Positions 61,241-64,000 of a stretch of 64,000 bases of DNA are shown in pieces. The DNA comes from Ranitomeya imitator. Taxonomy: Eukaryota. The number at the start of each line of letters is the position of its first letter. Within the stretch, counting starts at the first letter, position 1. A program made the position numbers and the translations under genes. The notes beneath the pieces are model-generated. The model searched no databases, was not told the origin of the DNA, and saw only the letters and a program-made list of their open reading frames with translations. Where the stretch lies: assembly GCF_032444005.1 (NCBI RefSeq), contig NC_091287.1:221340001-221404000 (forward strand), given 5' to 3'.

Positions 61241-62500
61241 TGTAGTCTGTGTGCAGCCATATACCAGGTTGTATTCAGCTCAGGGGGGGTTCACACTGCC
61301 TCACACAGTTCTATCCATTGTCCTTTTTTGCTCATAGTGCAGCCTGCTGCACATTTTTTCTAAAATTTCCTATTAGTGTCTTTCCACCCGTCTCCAGCCA
61401 AATAGTGGAAAAACACTAGATAGGATAACCTAGAGGGGGGGTTTTGGGCCTTGCAGCGCCGCTGTAGTCTGTGTGCAGCCACAGCCGGTTGTATTCAGCT
61501 CAGGGTTTTGTCACTGCCTCATACTGTAAAATAACTTGTCCTTTTTTCAAATAGTGCAGCCTGTTGAAATTTTTTTTTTAAATTTCCTATTAGTGTCTTT
61601 CCACCCGTCTCCAGCAAAATAGTGGAAAAACACTAGATAGGATAACCTAGAGGAGGGTTTTTGGGCCTTGCAGCGCCGTTTACGGCTGTCTGCACGGTCT
61701 CCGTGTGAGCGCAGCTCGCCCTGTAGTCTGTGTGCAGCGACAGCCCGTTGTATTCAGCTCAGGGTTTGTCACTGCCTCATACCGTTAAATAACTTTTCAT
61801 TTTTTTCAACTAGTGCAGCCTGTTTAAAAATTATTTTAAAAATTCCTATTAGTGTCTTTCCACCCATCTCCAGCTAAATAGTGGAAAAACACTAGATAGG
61901 ATAACCTAGAGGAGGGTTTTTGGGCCTTGCAGCGCCGTTTACGGCTGTCTGCACGGTCTCCGTGTGAGCGCAGCTCGCCCTGTAGTCTGTGTGCAGCCAC
62001 AGCCCGTTGTATTCAGCTCAGGGTTTGTCACTGCCTCATACCATTAAAAAACTTTTCCTTTTCTTCAACTAGTGCAGCCTGTTAAAAAATTATTTAAAAA
62101 ATTCCTATTAGTGTCTTTCCACCCGTCTCCAGCAAAATAGTGGAAAAACACTAGATAGGATAACCTAGAGGAGGGTTTTTGGGCCTTGCAGCGCCGTTTA
62201 CGGCTGTCTGCACGGTCTCCGTGTGAGCGCAGCTCGCCCTGTAGTCTGTGTGCAGTGACAGCCCGTTGTATTCAGCTCAGGGTTTGTCACTGCCTCATAC
62301 CGTTAAATAACTTTTCATTTTTTTTCAACTAGTGCAGCCTGTTGAAAATTTTGTAAACAATTTCCTATTAGTGTCTTTCCACCCGTCTCCAGCAAAATAG
62401 TGGAAAAACACTAGATAGGATAACCTAGAGGAGGGTTTTTGGGCCTTGCAGCGCCGTTTACGGCTGTCTGCATGGTCTCCGTGTGAGTTAAACTCGCTCT
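61241..62500. repeat. ~260-bp tandem repeat, ~5 copies, in the hAT 5' region
   Basis: tgtagtctgtgtgcagc recurs at ~61241, 61463, 61721, 61981 and 62240. Confidence 0.93.
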
Positions 62501-62702
62501 GTAGCCCGATCTTCCCAAAAAAAAAAAAAGTAAAGTTCACCAAACACCACTTAACACTTGTGTAGGCCACATTTTGTCAATAATAAAGTCTAGTCCACAC
62601 TTTACAACATTAGTGTTTCTTACACCTGTTAGGAGGAGCATTTCAGGAATAAGCACACTAAGGCCTTAGTACTTTTCTGCTTATCTTTATCTGTCAACCA
62701 AG

Positions 62703-64000
62703 ATGAAGAGGGCAGGGAGTAAGGGTCGTGGGCGTGGAGCAGGGAGAGGAGCAGGGAGAGGACGTGGTGATTCTGTGCCTGCTGCGGGCACCGGTGACTC
62801 ACCATCACCCAGTTTCAGCAGGGAACAGTCCTTCATGCGCAGCTTTGCCGTAGAGCGCCGTACACCGCTGCTGCGTGAAGATCAAATTGAAGCCCTTGTC
62901 GGATGGATGGCAGCTAACGCATCGACTTCAATTAGTGCCACATCCTCTCAGGCACAGACCACTGGAGAGCAGCCATCTGTCTCTTCACCACCTGCCAAAT
63001 TGGCCAGGCAGTCAGAGAGCCCAGGACAGGAGCCGTCTCTACTTCTGTTCTCTGAATCTCTTGGCTTGGAAACAGGGGGCCAGCCAAGCAGTATTGGAGA
63101 AATGGAAGAAGAGGCAGTGTGCAGTGATGCCCAACAGCTTTGTCTCTCTGACTCTGAAGAGGCGGGTGGGTCAGTGCCTGCGGTGACCACAGCGCAGTAC
63201 GCATCTGATGATGAAACTCAGGTGCCGCTTTCTGGTGCGTACTGTGCTGCCGAGACTACCCAGGAGGAGCAGTTGGTGGCAGAGGGTAGTGGAGATGATG
63301 AGGTCCTTGACCCATCGTGGCGTGAGGAACAGGAAGGTGGTGGGAGCAGCTCAGAGGAAGAGATTCCCCTAACGGGCCAAAGAGGGAGAGGGAGGGGGAA
63401 GACTGCGGAGCCTGTAGCCTCCACTTTGGCACCAGTTAGGAGCCTGTCTCTTTCAAAAGCCAAAAAGGGTGCTCCCAAGACTTGCAGTGCCTGGTCCTTT
63501 TTTGACACAGTTGCAGATGACATTTGTTTTGTCAAATGCAAGCTGTGTCATCAGAAAGTAAAAAGAGGTAAAAGTATCAGAAACCTCAATACCACAAATA
63601 TGTGGAAACATGTGCGGACCAGGCACGCGGTGGAGTTCCAAAAACACACTGAAGAGCTAGGCCAACCAACAGCGGCAGCTACCACCTCTTCAGCTCATGT
63701 TGCTTCTTCCTCCAGCTCACGCACAGCTGGTTCGGCTTCCTCCTTGGATCGCCATGGAAGAACCTCTGGCACTGTTGTCCAGAGACCTAGTGTAATTCCA
63801 CCCACAGCACCACATTCCCAGTCATCCTCACACTCCCAGCCTAGTCTACAGCCATCGGTAGTACAGGCATGGGAGAAAAGGCGGGCATTCTCGGCAAACC
63901 ACCCCCGAGCACAGGCTCTGAATGCAGGCATTGCCAAACTTCTGTCGCTGGAAATGCTCTCATTCAGGCTGGTGGAGACTGACAGCTTCCGTGACTTGAT
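62703..64000 (+). CDS. hAT (ZBED-like) transposase, N-terminal 432 codons, open to the window end (partial)
   Basis: Manual translation from ATG 62703 has no stop: MKRAGSKGRGRGAGRG..., acidic/Ser-rich region, BED finger SAWSFF...KCKLCHQK...NTTNMWKHVRTRH, then LEMLSFRLVETDSFRDL. Confidence 0.9.
   Translation, partial: MKRAGSKGRGRGAGRGAGRGRGDSVPAAGTGDSPSPSFSREQSFMRSFAVERRTPLLREDQIEALVGWMAANASTSISATSSQAQTTGEQPSVSSPPAKLARQSESPGQEPSLLLFSESLGLETGGQPSSIGEMEEEAVCSDAQQLCLSDSEEAGGSVPAVTTAQYASDDETQVPLSGAYCAAETTQEEQLVAEGSGDDEVLDPSWREEQEGGGSSSEEEIPLTGQRGRGRGKTAEPVASTLAPVRSLSLSKAKKGAPKTCSAWSFFDTVADDICFVKCKLCHQKVKRGKSIRNLNTTNMWKHVRTRHAVEFQKHTEELGQPTAAATTSSAHVASSSSSRTAGSASSLDRHGRTSGTVVQRPSVIPPTAPHSQSSSHSQPSLQPSVVQAWEKRRAFSANHPRAQALNAGIAKLLSLEMLSFRLVETDSFRDL

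Larger units (their letters stand above)
60827..64000 (+). mobile_element. Young-looking hAT transposon, 5' part; runs off the window
   Basis: Terminus tagtgttgagc; ccgatac-based subterminal palindromes; CCAAT, TATA and YY1-like motifs at ~60945-61080; BED transposase ORF. Confidence 0.9.

Overview
Vertebrate DNA, most consistent with an anuran frog given the TE families (inference; the species cannot be determined). The window is almost entirely nested transposable elements, and I cannot support an intact host gene. Retroelements: three long Penelope-like elements (RT + GIY-YIG, Cys-rich linker) plus a fourth 3' fragment. One (4410-9313) is near-intact with a 17-bp TSD and an intact minimal hammerhead ribozyme; decayed hammerhead homologues sit in the other two. 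There are two chromodomain Ty3/Gypsy elements whose PBSs are complementary to their own LTR R regions (Tf1/sushi-type self-priming), four solo LTRs, an Ngaro-like tyrosine-recombinase retrotransposon with a complete SGNH hydrolase module, and a V-SINE. DNA transposons: two PIF/Harbinger elements (transposase plus MADF partner, one MADF gene with three phase-consistent exons), several hAT elements (one with an uninterrupted BED-finger ORF from 62703 off the window end, absent from the ORF track), Tc1 elements, TTAA-flanked piggyBac-like and Kolobok/T2-like non-autonomous elements, and MITEs. Tandem arrays include a ~75 x 30-bp G-quadruplex-type minisatellite flanked by CpG-rich, exon-like sequence of unknown origin. 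All alignments and identity figures were made by eye.
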